Shown here: positions 21,534 to 30,039 of the stretch, piece by piece | How positions within the stretch are numbered: position 1 is the stretch's first letter | Layout of the letters: each line of letters opens with the position of its first letter | Origin: Candidatus Cloacimonadales bacterium | GTDB lineage: Bacteria; Cloacimonadota; Cloacimonadia; Cloacimonadales; JAIOQZ01 | NCBI GenBank assembly: GCA_963662655.2 | Contig: CAXXTU010000002.1 | Location: forward strand, 224,001 to 288,000 | Direction: 5' to 3' | Length of the DNA stretch: 64,000 bases | The notes under the pieces: generated by a model | Database searches by the model: none | The model's input: only the letters and a program-made list of their open reading frames with translations | What the model was told of the DNA's origin: nothing | Program-made: the position numbers and the translations under genes

Positions 21534-21962
21534 ATGGGTTTTGCGCTTGAAGAAGCACGCAAGGCCGCCACGTTGAATGAGGTGCCGATCGGCGCTGTAA
21601 TCGTAAAAGATGATCGAATCGTAGCGACGGGTCATAACAGTATGCGCTCGCAAAATAATCAGTTAGCGCATGCCGAGAAAATCGCGATCGAGAAAGTTAT
21701 CGATTCGGGTGAAAAATTCCTTTACGATTATACGCTGTTTGTGACGATTGAACCCTGCCTCATGTGTGCGGGGGCGATTATCTGGAGTCGTGTGGGACGC
21801 GTTGTTTTTGGCGCGTTCGATGAGAAGGCCGGAGCTGTTGGCTCGGTCTATAACGCGCTCCGTGAAAAATGCATGAATCATCGGCCGGAGGTTGTTTCCG
21901 GCGTGAGGGAAGAGGAATGTTCCCGGATGATTCAGGAGTTCTTCAAGAAGAAGAGATTTTAA
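21534..21962 (+). CDS. tadA: tRNA adenosine(34) deaminase; start ambiguous (see findings)
   Basis: EVPIGAVIV, HAE, EPCLMCAGA, KAGAVGS, FF at C-terminus. Confidence 0.92.
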   Translation: MGFALEEARKAATLNEVPIGAVIVKDDRIVATGHNSMRSQNNQLAHAEKIAIEKVIDSGEKFLYDYTLFVTIEPCLMCAGAIIWSRVGRVVFGAFDEKAGAVGSVYNALREKCMNHRPEVVSGVREEECSRMIQEFFKKKRF

Positions 21963-21972
21963 CGATATACGC

Positions 21973-22062
21973 GGAGAGGTGCCGGAGCGGTTGAACGGGG
22001 CGGTCTCGAAAACCGTTGAATGCTTACGCATTCCCAGGGTTCGAATCCCTGCCTCTCCGCCA
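21973..22062 (+). tRNA. tRNA-Ser (anticodon CGA)
   Basis: GGAGAGG acceptor stem, GCGGT-CT-CGA-AA-ACCGT anticodon arm, long variable arm, GTTCGAATC, GCCA end. Confidence 0.96.
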
Positions 22063-22107
22063 TTTTTGTGCCCGGATTTTTTGAATGCCCCTCTGCTTGA
22101 ATCCATT

Positions 22108-22263
22108 TTGTCTGAATCAGGACTTGCGGGATTAGCAAGATTTTCAGGAAGGAGAGCGACGGCATCTTTTGTTCTATCTTCCGCATTCTTCATTCAGTGT
22201 ATCATGCCTTTCGCGAAGGGCTTGTCTGAATCAAGATTAACTGGATTAACGGGATTTACATGA
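22108..22263 (+). repeat. Two 42-nt direct repeats with internal 9-nt periodicity
   Basis: TTGTCTGAATCAGGACTTGCGGGATTAGCAAGATTTTCAGGA (22108-22149) and TTGTCTGAATCAAGATTAACTGGATTAACGGGATTTACATGA (22222-22263). Confidence 0.75.
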
Positions 22264-22304
22264 TGGGGAGAGGAGAGACTGAGAGAAATTTTCTCCTCGA
22301 TCAC

Positions 22305-22483
22305 GCACCTTCGCCCGATCCTTCGCTCCATCGTGGATATAACACGGCTCAAAACGCTCTTGTAATCATTCGATATCAGTTTATCAAGCCTGAAAATGTT
22401 CTATTGTTCCCGGCGTGGGATAAGCATCCGCGCGTTTATCACCGTGTAACACCACGATTCCGCTTGCGATCGAACGAATCTGC
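22305..22483 (-). repeat. Long-hairpin intergenic element, copy 2
   Basis: GCACCTTCGCCCGATC-N11-CGTGGATATAACAC ... GTGTAACACCACG-N11-GATCGAACGAATCTGC. Confidence 0.85.
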
Positions 22484-22549
22484 TCTGGATGGATGTATGA
22501 AAGAAAGGACGAGATTGCGCTCGTCCTGGAAGATTTTAGAGATGAAAGA

Positions 22550-23110
22550 TTAGAACAGCCAGTTGATGATCCTGCTGATGATCCCGACCTTGGCGGTTTC
22601 GTTGATCGCGCCCTTGCCGTCGTACTTGATCTTGGCGTCCGCGATGCTGTAGGAATAGACGGAGTTGTCGGACATCACATCCTCGGGGCGGATGACGCCT
22701 TCGAGCTCGGTGATTTCTTTCTCGCCGTTGATCTCGACGGTGCGGCTTCCCTTGATGACAAGGTTCCCCATATCGTCGATGGCGATGATCTTCGCGGTCA
22801 TTTTGCTCTCGATCTTTCCCGATCGGGTTGTTTTACCGTCTCCTCCGTTGGTCGCGCCGACCGATCCTCCGTAGCCTCCGGCCTTCATCATGTCGAGAAT
22901 GCCGGTTCCTCCCGTGGAGAAATCCACGCCGACGCTCACGTCGGTGTCGGTACCGGCAGCGGCTTCGGCCGAAGTGCTCTCCGAAATGAGGATGGTTATG
23001 ACATCGCCAACGTTGAAGCTCTTGTGATCCGAGTAGAGGGATGTTACCTGTCGCGCTTGCAGTATCGCGATGATGATGAGGATTCCGATGATCGCAAAAA
23101 ATCTTTTCAT
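22550..23110 (-). CDS. flgH: Flagellar L-ring protein
   Basis: SLYSD..SFNVGDVITI, GNLVIKG, GVIRPEDV, IADAKI; no lipobox Cys; start 23110 or 23116. Confidence 0.9.
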   Translation of the reverse strand: MKRFFAIIGILIIIAILQARQVTSLYSDHKSFNVGDVITILISESTSAEAAAGTDTDVSVGVDFSTGGTGILDMMKAGGYGGSVGATNGGDGKTTRSGKIESKMTAKIIAIDDMGNLVIKGSRTVEINGEKEITELEGVIRPEDVMSDNSVYSYSIADAKIKYDGKGAINETAKVGIISRIINWLF

Positions 23111-23112
23111 GG

Positions 23113-24054
23113 TCATTCTCCGAGGTTGATCATTGCCTGTCGTTTACCGGTTGCGAGCGCTTGATAGCGTCTTCCGGTAGCTGGATCTTCGCATGTTATC
23201 GATTCGCCCATGTAACCGGTGTTTTTCGCGATTGCGACGGTCTCGAGCTGGATGCTTCCGCTGTTGACCACGATGCTGACTCTGTCCCCGCGATTGATAT
23301 CCGGGATGAGCCTGGTGTTTCGCGAAGTGAGGACGGTGCCCCTGGGCAGGTATCGAGAGGCGATGCGAGATTGCAGCGAGAGGCTGTCGGTGATTGCCGA
23401 AGCCTCCTCCGCGCAATTCAGGGTAATTCTAACCGTATCCCCCAGCCTGAAGCCCTCTCCGCGTCTCTTGGTTTTCGTAAGCTGATACGCCTTGCGAAAC
23501 ACGCCTATGTACGTGGTGAACGAGAAGCGGCCCTGCGGCTGATTTCGATATAGAATCGTGCCGATCATGCGTACGTTGCCCATTTTAGGAACGCCATCCG
23601 GGAATTCGACTTGAATCGAGTAATCCTGTGACGGCGTGTCCAGCTCGGGCAATTCGCCAATCTCCAGATAGATGCTGTCCGCGTCCGGATAGCTCTTGGA
23701 GATGTATTCACGAGCGGCTTTATATACCTGGTTCTGATCGATGGATTGTTTTGCCCACCGCACCACGCAGAACGCGCCTTCGATTTTCACGCGCTTCCGC
23801 AGGTCGGACGGGACGAGTTTTATGATATCCGCGTGGTAGAGATTGCGGAACCTCTCTCTGTAGGGAAGGTTGCATATCTCGATATCGCTGATTTGACGAT
23901 AGAGTGAATCCGGGCCCTGAAAGGAATCGGTGATGTCCTCGACGGTAACGACGGGGTCGTTGATCCAGACACGGTCCTTGATTTCAATAGAAAGCACAGT
24001 GCCCCATACGATACAAGGCAAAATCAAGATGAGCATCAGGATTCCGGATTTCAT
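23113..24054 (-). CDS. flgA: Flagellar P-ring formation chaperone
   Basis: Signal peptide, C-terminal INRGDRVSI...A..TGYMGESI; lies between flgG and flgH. Confidence 0.85.
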   Translation of the reverse strand: MKSGILMLILILPCIVWGTVLSIEIKDRVWINDPVVTVEDITDSFQGPDSLYRQISDIEICNLPYRERFRNLYHADIIKLVPSDLRKRVKIEGAFCVVRWAKQSIDQNQVYKAAREYISKSYPDADSIYLEIGELPELDTPSQDYSIQVEFPDGVPKMGNVRMIGTILYRNQPQGRFSFTTYIGVFRKAYQLTKTKRRGEGFRLGDTVRITLNCAEEASAITDSLSLQSRIASRYLPRGTVLTSRNTRLIPDINRGDRVSIVVNSGSIQLETVAIAKNTGYMGESITCEDPATGRRYQALATGKRQAMINLGE

Positions 24055-24057
24055 GGA

Positions 24058-24846
24058 TTACCTCTTGAGATTGTTGGCCGTTTCCAGCATGGTGTCGGAA
24101 GTTCGTACCGCTTTCGAGTTCAGGTCGAAGGCCCTCTGCGCGACGATCATGGCGACCATCTCTTCGACGATCACCACGTTGCTGGCTTCCACATAGCCCT
24201 GCTCCAGCGAACCGATGTTCTCGGAGCTCGGAGCGCCGACGATCGGATCGCCCGATGCCTCGGTGGCCGTGTAGAAATTGCCGCCGTGACTCTTCAATCC
24301 GGCCGGGTTAACAAACCGCGCCAGCTCGATCTGCCCGATCTCTTCCATTTCGGTCTGACCGTAGATTTGAGCGTAAACGTAGCCGTCGCCAGTGATGCTG
24401 ATGGACTCGGTGTCTGCCGGAATGGTGATCCCGGGCTCCAGCTTGAAGCCTTGCGCGTTCACCACCTGGCCGTCTCCGTCCAGCTTGAAGCTGCCGTCAC
24501 GTGTGTAGACCACATTGCCGTCGCCATTGACGAGTTGGAAGAATCCCTCGCCCACGATAGCCATGTCGAGCGCGTTGCCAGTTTGCGTGGGCGTTCCCTG
24601 AAGATGCTCCTTCTGGGTTGCCACCGGCTTCACACCGACACCCACGGACAGCTCGGTCGGGCGCTGCGTGCTTTCGGACGTAGGCGCGCCTGCTTCCTTG
24701 AGCGTCTGATAGATCAGATCCTGAAACTGGATGCGGGTCTTCTTGTAGCCGGTCGTGTTCACGTTCGCCATGTTGTTCGCGATGGTATCGATGTTCATCT
24801 GTTGAGCCAGCATACCGCTTGCGCCGCTGTAGAGTGAACGTATCAT
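24058..24846 (-). CDS. flgG: Flagellar distal rod protein
   Basis: IANNMANVNTTGYK, FQDLIYQ, YTRDGSF, EASNV..VEEMV.MI.AQRA. Confidence 0.96.
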   Translation of the reverse strand: MIRSLYSGASGMLAQQMNIDTIANNMANVNTTGYKKTRIQFQDLIYQTLKEAGAPTSESTQRPTELSVGVGVKPVATQKEHLQGTPTQTGNALDMAIVGEGFFQLVNGDGNVVYTRDGSFKLDGDGQVVNAQGFKLEPGITIPADTESISITGDGYVYAQIYGQTEMEEIGQIELARFVNPAGLKSHGGNFYTATEASGDPIVGAPSSENIGSLEQGYVEASNVVIVEEMVAMIVAQRAFDLNSKAVRTSDTMLETANNLKR

Positions 24847-24861
24847 ACAAAGCTCCTTTTA

Positions 24862-25650
24862 TTATTTTCCAATATCGTTTGCCGTTTTCTGCAGGGTTGA
24901 ATCCGTGGCGGAGATAACCTTCTGGTTGGCCTGGAAATGACGTTGCACCGCGATCATTTCGACCATCTCCTTAACCACGACCACGTTCGAATCCTCCAGA
25001 TGTCCCTGGAGCACCCTCACATCCGTTTCGCTGGCGGAAACATTTTCCCCCTGGGGAAACATGACGCCGCCGCGGATGTGCATCAGCGTGTCTTCCGGGA
25101 AATCGCGGATCATGAGCTTGTTCACGACCACTCCGTCCTGCCCGAACTCGCCTTCTTCATTGATAAATACACTTCCGCCAGTGATTTGGATAGGCCCCGA
25201 TTCGCCCTGGACCATGTAGCCTTCGGATGTCACCAGATTTCCGTCCTGATCGATCTTGAACTGCCCGTCGCGGGTATAGCCAATACCGTCGGGCGTCTGC
25301 ACGGCGAAGAATCCCTTACCCGATATCGCGACATCGAGGGGATTGCCTGTCTGTTCGATTGGCCCCTCCGAGTAGTCTGTGTAGGTCGAGATATCGCCTT
25401 GCAGCTTGCGCAGTTGGCCGCGTTTGGTGCAGCAATCGCTGTTCTGCCACGTGAACGGGTGGTTGCGAATCTGCTTGAGCGTCATCTGGTTACGTTCGAG
25501 CGCTTGCTCCGCGCCAATAAGCTGCCGGAAGAAAACCCCCTGGCGCTTGTAGCCGTTCGTGTTGGCGTTGGCCATGTTGTTGGCCGTCACGTCCATGCGG
25601 TCGATGAGCAACTGCATCGAAGCCGAGTTCTGGTATAATCCTCTGACCAT
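24862..25650 (-). CDS. flgF: Flagellar basal-body rod protein (FlgF type)
   Basis: MVRGLY, ANNMANANTNGYK, TGNPLDVAI, YTRDGQF, LEDSNV; directly upstream of flgG. Confidence 0.85.
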   Translation of the reverse strand: MVRGLYQNSASMQLLIDRMDVTANNMANANTNGYKRQGVFFRQLIGAEQALERNQMTLKQIRNHPFTWQNSDCCTKRGQLRKLQGDISTYTDYSEGPIEQTGNPLDVAISGKGFFAVQTPDGIGYTRDGQFKIDQDGNLVTSEGYMVQGESGPIQITGGSVFINEEGEFGQDGVVVNKLMIRDFPEDTLMHIRGGVMFPQGENVSASETDVRVLQGHLEDSNVVVVKEMVEMIAVQRHFQANQKVISATDSTLQKTANDIGK

Positions 25651-25675
25651 TTTGTTTACCTCTGTGCATCTATTT

Positions 25676-25691
25676 TGCATGAGCGGTGCCA
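25676..25691 (-). promoter_or_regulatory. Sigma-54 (-24/-12) promoter of flgFGAH
   Basis: Minus strand TGGCACCGCTCATGCA has correct GG-N10-GC spacing, 25 nt before the flgF start; IHF-like TAACAATATGTTA at 25710-25722. Confidence 0.72.
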
Positions 25692-25980
25692 AATAAGTTT
25701 GCGCGATCGTAACATATTGTTATCATGTAGAATAAAAGATGTGCATGGAGAATCGTATCATGAGGGGGAGGAAAAAAATTCCGGCGGCTACAATCTTCAA
25801 CACCGGGGTGAATCCCCAGGCACAGCATTGCTATATTGCAGCGAGTTGTGAGGTTTGTAACATCTACTTATATTGAGAGATGTGTGGCATTAACAAAGAA
25901 AAAACGAAAAAGAAGTTGACCCCTTTGCTGCCGTGGAAAACCTGCCATCTCGATGATAAATTATCGATAGAATAACGGAG

Positions 25981-26928
25981 GTGAAGGTGATAAAACATCG
26001 TATCTTTCGCAGTATCATACAGTATGCTGGAATCATTTGCGGAAGTATCCTTTTTGCAATGGGATACTCCTGGTTTCTGGTGCCATATAAGCTTGTCCCC
26101 GGCGGCGTAGGCGGTATCGGGCAGATTTTCTACCACTTGCTGGGAATCCCGATGGGTATCAGCATGATCGCCATCAATATCCCGCTGTTCATCATAAGCG
26201 TGATCATGCTCGGAAAGCACTTCGGGATCCGCTCTTTCTACGGCATGATGGTATCATCCGCGCTGACAGACCTTCTTGCGCTCAACAACCTTTACAAGTT
26301 CGGCATTGTCAAGGACCTCGCCCAGTACACTTTCAACATCGACGGTGAGATGATCTACGCAATGCTCGGCCCGGAAGATGTCTATCTCTCCGCGATTGCC
26401 GGCTCGGTTCTACTCGGCGTCGGCTTGGGCGTAATCTTCCGCTTCCGCGGTTCGACAGGCGGTACGGATATTCCCGTCGCGATCATCAAGCAGAAGACGG
26501 GGCTTTCGATCGGTACAGGTTACTGGCTGGTCGAGACGCTCATCATCCTGACGGTTGGACTCGTGTTCCACGATCTCAAGCTGATCATCTGGGGCTACGT
26601 GAACCTGTTCATCTCCACAAAGATCACCGATCTCGCGAGTGAAGGTCTTCCGTACGTGAAGGGCGTCTATGTAATCTCCGACTACGAGAACGAGATCAAG
26701 GACGCGATTTACGAGCGGTTAAATCGCGGCGTAACCATGATCCGGGCCCGGGGCGGATACACCAACAAGGAAAAAGACATCCTCTTCTGCTGCATGAACC
26801 GCCGGCAGGTACCCATGATTCGCGACATCGTGCAGGACATCGACCCAAAGGCTTTCATGATCGTTACCGACGTTCACGACGTGATGGGGTACGGATTCAA
26901 GACCAGGAATCTGGACTTGCAGCAATAA
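25981..26928 (+). CDS. YitT family membrane protein
   Basis: PGGVGG, NIPLF, GSTGGTD, RGVT, DPKAF. Confidence 0.92.
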   Translation: MKVIKHRIFRSIIQYAGIICGSILFAMGYSWFLVPYKLVPGGVGGIGQIFYHLLGIPMGISMIAINIPLFIISVIMLGKHFGIRSFYGMMVSSALTDLLALNNLYKFGIVKDLAQYTFNIDGEMIYAMLGPEDVYLSAIAGSVLLGVGLGVIFRFRGSTGGTDIPVAIIKQKTGLSIGTGYWLVETLIILTVGLVFHDLKLIIWGYVNLFISTKITDLASEGLPYVKGVYVISDYENEIKDAIYERLNRGVTMIRARGGYTNKEKDILFCCMNRRQVPMIRDIVQDIDPKAFMIVTDVHDVMGYGFKTRNLDLQQ

Positions 26929-26945
26929 AGTTTGTACATATCCAC

Positions 26946-26990
26946 AAAAAAAGCGATCCCCTTTTCCTTATGGAGAAGGGGATCGCTATA
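26946..26990 (-). terminator. Intrinsic terminator between convergent yitT and the secreted-protein cluster
   Basis: AGCGATCCCCTT/AAGGGGATCGCT stem with A7 on its left (U tract on the minus strand). Confidence 0.85.
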
Positions 26991-27007
26991 TATGCTCATA
27001 AAGTCAA

Positions 27008-27263
27008 TTACTTAATCAACACCACCTTCTTTACCACCGTGCCGGCTTCTGTGACGATGCGCGCGAAATAGACTCCGGATCCCACCGGGCGGTTGTTGTC
27101 GTCGCGGCCGTGCCAGGTTACGCGGTGGATGCCCGATTCCATGCGCTCGTCGGTGAGTGTGCGAACGCGCTGGCCGCGGATGTTGTAGATATCCAGCGAT
27201 ACGCGCGAAGGCTTCTCCAGCGCGAAGGCGAAGGTCGTCTCGGGATTGAACGGGTTGGGGTAG
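27008..27263. repeat. 256-bp direct repeat encoding the C-terminal sorting domain, copy A
   Basis: Ungapped match to 29784-30039 with 11 mismatches by manual count. Confidence 0.92.
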
Positions 27264-29215
27264 ACGGAGAGGGAGCAACTGCAAACGGGCGCGATATCTG
27301 CATCATCGTTATCAACATGGCTATACTCGATGTACTCCGCGCCCACTCGGTTAACACAGACCATTCTGCTGTCGCCCAAAGGGAAGAGGCCGGTAATTGA
27401 ATCAGAGCAGTAGAAGCTTGTAACGAATTCCGGTTCGTTGCCACTTTCTATGAGCGGGGCGAGATTGTAGACATTGCATTCGTCATATCCGACGAATAGC
27501 AATTGATTCTCCTCATCGACACCCATGGGGCCGACGGGATCGAGCCCATACAGGCAGGAAGGATTCACGGGATCTGAGATATCGTAGATTGAGGTTTGCT
27601 CGCCGCGGAAGATGCCGCCGACGATCATGAAGCGGTCGATGAACTCGAAGCGCGGAAGCTCCACGTGAGCTATGTCGAAGGTGTTTACAAGCTCCATTGT
27701 CCCTTCTTGCGGGGCGTAAACGACAAAGATTTGGTCGTCGTTCGAGATGTACAGGTAATCGCCGTAGTTGTCGACAGAATAGATAAACGACTCGGGCAGT
27801 GGGATTTCGTCACGCAATTCGACGCCGTCATCCGATATGGTATAGCGATACAAGCGCCCTAACTCGCCAAGAATGAGTTCGTCGTCACTGCGTAAATGCG
27901 GCAGGCTGTTTTGTTGCACATCGAAGTAGGCGATTTCGCTCAATTCTCCATCCGCCGCCTCACGGTAGAGCTTGGTGGCCAGATGGCCGGAATTGCCTTC
28001 ATGCACGTAATATTGGTAGGCGAGTGTGTTTTCCGTGCAGGAACTCCACGCGCCGGAATAGCCGTCCGGTTCCGGCATGAGTCGCCTGAAGGGAACAGGC
28101 GGAGCGGGATTGCGAATATCGACTTGCACGAGGGATTGGTAGTAGGTTCCGAGATACAGGAAATCGCTATTGCAGGAATTATAGTCGAGGTAGCCATCGA
28201 GTGGAGCCTGAGCGATATCCAGCAGGTTCTCTCCGTTCCACTCGTGCACGGTGAGAAATCTGCCGGCAGTGATGATATTGCCTTCAGAACACTCGATGTC
28301 CCAAACTCTATCCAAATCAGTCTGATATCTTAATTGTGGCTGTGCTGGAGCACTTACGTCGAGCCCGAGCATCTCAAGTTCGCACAAAATGTGTGCCACA
28401 TTGCCGTTGTCAATTACGAAACTCAATAAGTCTCCATCATAACGCCAGATTTCTACGGGTGCGTCATGATCGGTTATGTTATAAAGGCTGATGAACTCCT
28501 GGTACGCAGAGAAGAGCAGATACTCACTACGGTTGTCACTAAGGAAGTTGTATTCGCAGCCAGCGTAGTAGCTGCCAATAGGAAGCGCAAATGATTCATG
28601 GATGTTCGTTGGGTCTGAAATATCGAAGACATGGGTTGTACATTCTGCACCATCGATAGTTTGTATAACACATTTACCATCCTCCGCATAAACCAGACTG
28701 CTGAATTGGTAAGGGATCGTGTAGCATGCGATCTCATCACTGAAATCGAGGGGATTAACGACATGACAGCGAAGATGAGATTCATGCATAAGTACTTCAT
28801 GTGAGAAAAGGAATCCATTGTCGAAAAAGCAAATGTCGCATCTCCACCACGAGATGGAATCTTCCAGAACAGGATATCCTGGATTGGTCAGATCGTATCT
28901 GGATAATCGTGTGTCAGATTGAATTAAAGGCACCAGCGAAATGAACAGTTTGCCATTCTCAATAAACACGGTACTTGCTGAAGGAATTTCGTTTGATATC
29001 GTATGCACCAGAGAGATACTATCATTTTGTAAACGGTATATCCCCACACCACCAAATCCACCAATGTAAATGAAATCCTGGTATCTGGCAATACTGTCGT
29101 GCTCTCCTTGCATGATCTGCTTCGAATAATACAGGTCGGTGGAAAATTCGATGCTGAAAGCGAAAACGTGTGTGGTGATGTAAACAAGAATGCCGATAAT
29201 GAATGTAATGCGCAT
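27008..29215 (-). CDS. Secreted LVIVD-repeat-like beta-propeller protein with C-terminal T9SS-A/FlgD-Ig domain
   Basis: Signal peptide, repeated (Y/F)DISDP.NP units, YPNPFNPETT...IYNIRGQRV...GVYF...KKVVLIK. Confidence 0.82.
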   Translation of the reverse strand: MRITFIIGILVYITTHVFAFSIEFSTDLYYSKQIMQGEHDSIARYQDFIYIGGFGGVGIYRLQNDSISLVHTISNEIPSASTVFIENGKLFISLVPLIQSDTRLSRYDLTNPGYPVLEDSISWWRCDICFFDNGFLFSHEVLMHESHLRCHVVNPLDFSDEIACYTIPYQFSSLVYAEDGKCVIQTIDGAECTTHVFDISDPTNIHESFALPIGSYYAGCEYNFLSDNRSEYLLFSAYQEFISLYNITDHDAPVEIWRYDGDLLSFVIDNGNVAHILCELEMLGLDVSAPAQPQLRYQTDLDRVWDIECSEGNIITAGRFLTVHEWNGENLLDIAQAPLDGYLDYNSCNSDFLYLGTYYQSLVQVDIRNPAPPVPFRRLMPEPDGYSGAWSSCTENTLAYQYYVHEGNSGHLATKLYREAADGELSEIAYFDVQQNSLPHLRSDDELILGELGRLYRYTISDDGVELRDEIPLPESFIYSVDNYGDYLYISNDDQIFVVYAPQEGTMELVNTFDIAHVELPRFEFIDRFMIVGGIFRGEQTSIYDISDPVNPSCLYGLDPVGPMGVDEENQLLFVGYDECNVYNLAPLIESGNEPEFVTSFYCSDSITGLFPLGDSRMVCVNRVGAEYIEYSHVDNDDADIAPVCSCSLSVYPNPFNPETTFAFALEKPSRVSLDIYNIRGQRVRTLTDERMESGIHRVTWHGRDDNNRPVGSGVYFARIVTEAGTVVKKVVLIK

Positions 29216-29239
29216 TGTAATCTCCGTGAACGTATTATT

Positions 29240-29265
29240 GGGAAGGAAACCGAAGTTTCCTTCCC
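29240..29265 (-). other. Perfect 11-bp hairpin with C(UUCG)G loop and no U tract, between the small gene and the LVIVD gene
   Basis: Minus strand GGGAAGGAAAC-TTCG-GTTTCCTTCCC. Confidence 0.7.
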
Positions 29266-29280
29266 GCTATCTTGTACCTG

Positions 29281-29658
29281 TTAGGGTGTTTCAGGCTCGT
29301 CTCCCGTATCGGGAAGTTGTGGCCAGGTGCAGTAAATGTGAAGATATGTAGGTGATTCATTTGTGTATGGAGTTGACGAACTCCATGTATAATTTCCTAC
29401 AGTCACTGAGCCATAGACCATTGGATTGTCTCCGTAGTTGTGGAGTGTTGAACATGAAAGGGATTGGTGGGGTCCGTTCACAAAAGGATCGTTTCGGGTT
29501 TCTTGTGCATTGTTCGTAATTCTAGCTTTTACGGTGCAGTTGTTTGGGCCAATGCCAAGCGAGTAATGTACGACTATGCATACATCATGGTAAGCCAGTA
29601 ACGGCGTCAAGCCGATAACGAAAACTGCGAGTAACAAGATCGTTTTTGTGCGATTCAT
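29281..29658 (-). CDS. Small secreted hypothetical protein (4 Cys)
   Basis: SD AAGGAGG, signal peptide ending LLA, 125 aa. Confidence 0.75.
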   Translation of the reverse strand: MNRTKTILLLAVFVIGLTPLLAYHDVCIVVHYSLGIGPNNCTVKARITNNAQETRNDPFVNGPHQSLSCSTLHNYGDNPMVYGSVTVGNYTWSSSTPYTNESPTYLHIYCTWPQLPDTGDEPETP

Positions 29659-29686
29659 GAGAGCCTCCTTTTATTAAGATGGCTCA

Positions 29687-29717
29687 ATAATAATGCCCCC
29701 CCCCGAAATATTGTCAA
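29687..29717 (-). promoter_or_regulatory. Sigma70-type promoter with a G9 tract in the spacer
   Basis: Minus strand TTGACA-ATATTTC-GGGGGGGGG-CATTATTAT. Confidence 0.65.
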
Positions 29718-29783
29718 TAAATTTATTAATTAGTATGACAATTGTCTTTCAATCCACTATGTAATGCTTTTGCTTTTGCTGCT

Positions 29784-30039
29784 TTACTTAATCAACACCA
29801 TCTTTTTTACTACCGCGCCGGCTTCTGTGACGATGCGCGCGAAATAGACTCCGGATCCCACTGAGCGGTTGTTGTCGTCGCGGCCGTGCCAGGTTACGCG
29901 GTGTATGCCCGATTCCATGCGTTCGTCGGTGAGTGTGCGAACGCGCTGGCCGCGGATGTTGTAGATATCCAGCGATACGCGCGAAGGATTCTCCAGCGCG
30001 AAGGCGAAGGTTGTCTCGGGATTGAACGGATTGGGGTAG
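29784..30039. repeat. 256-bp direct repeat encoding the C-terminal sorting domain, copy B
   Basis: Matches 27008-27263. Confidence 0.92.

Noticed and set aside
22108..22263. CRISPR array
   Set aside because: Only two divergent repeats, a 72-nt gap and no cas genes.
27008..30039. Diversity-generating retroelement TR/VR pair
   Set aside because: Seven of 11 mismatches have A on the coding strand of copy B, but four do not, both copies are ends of intact genes, and no reverse transcriptase is in the window.
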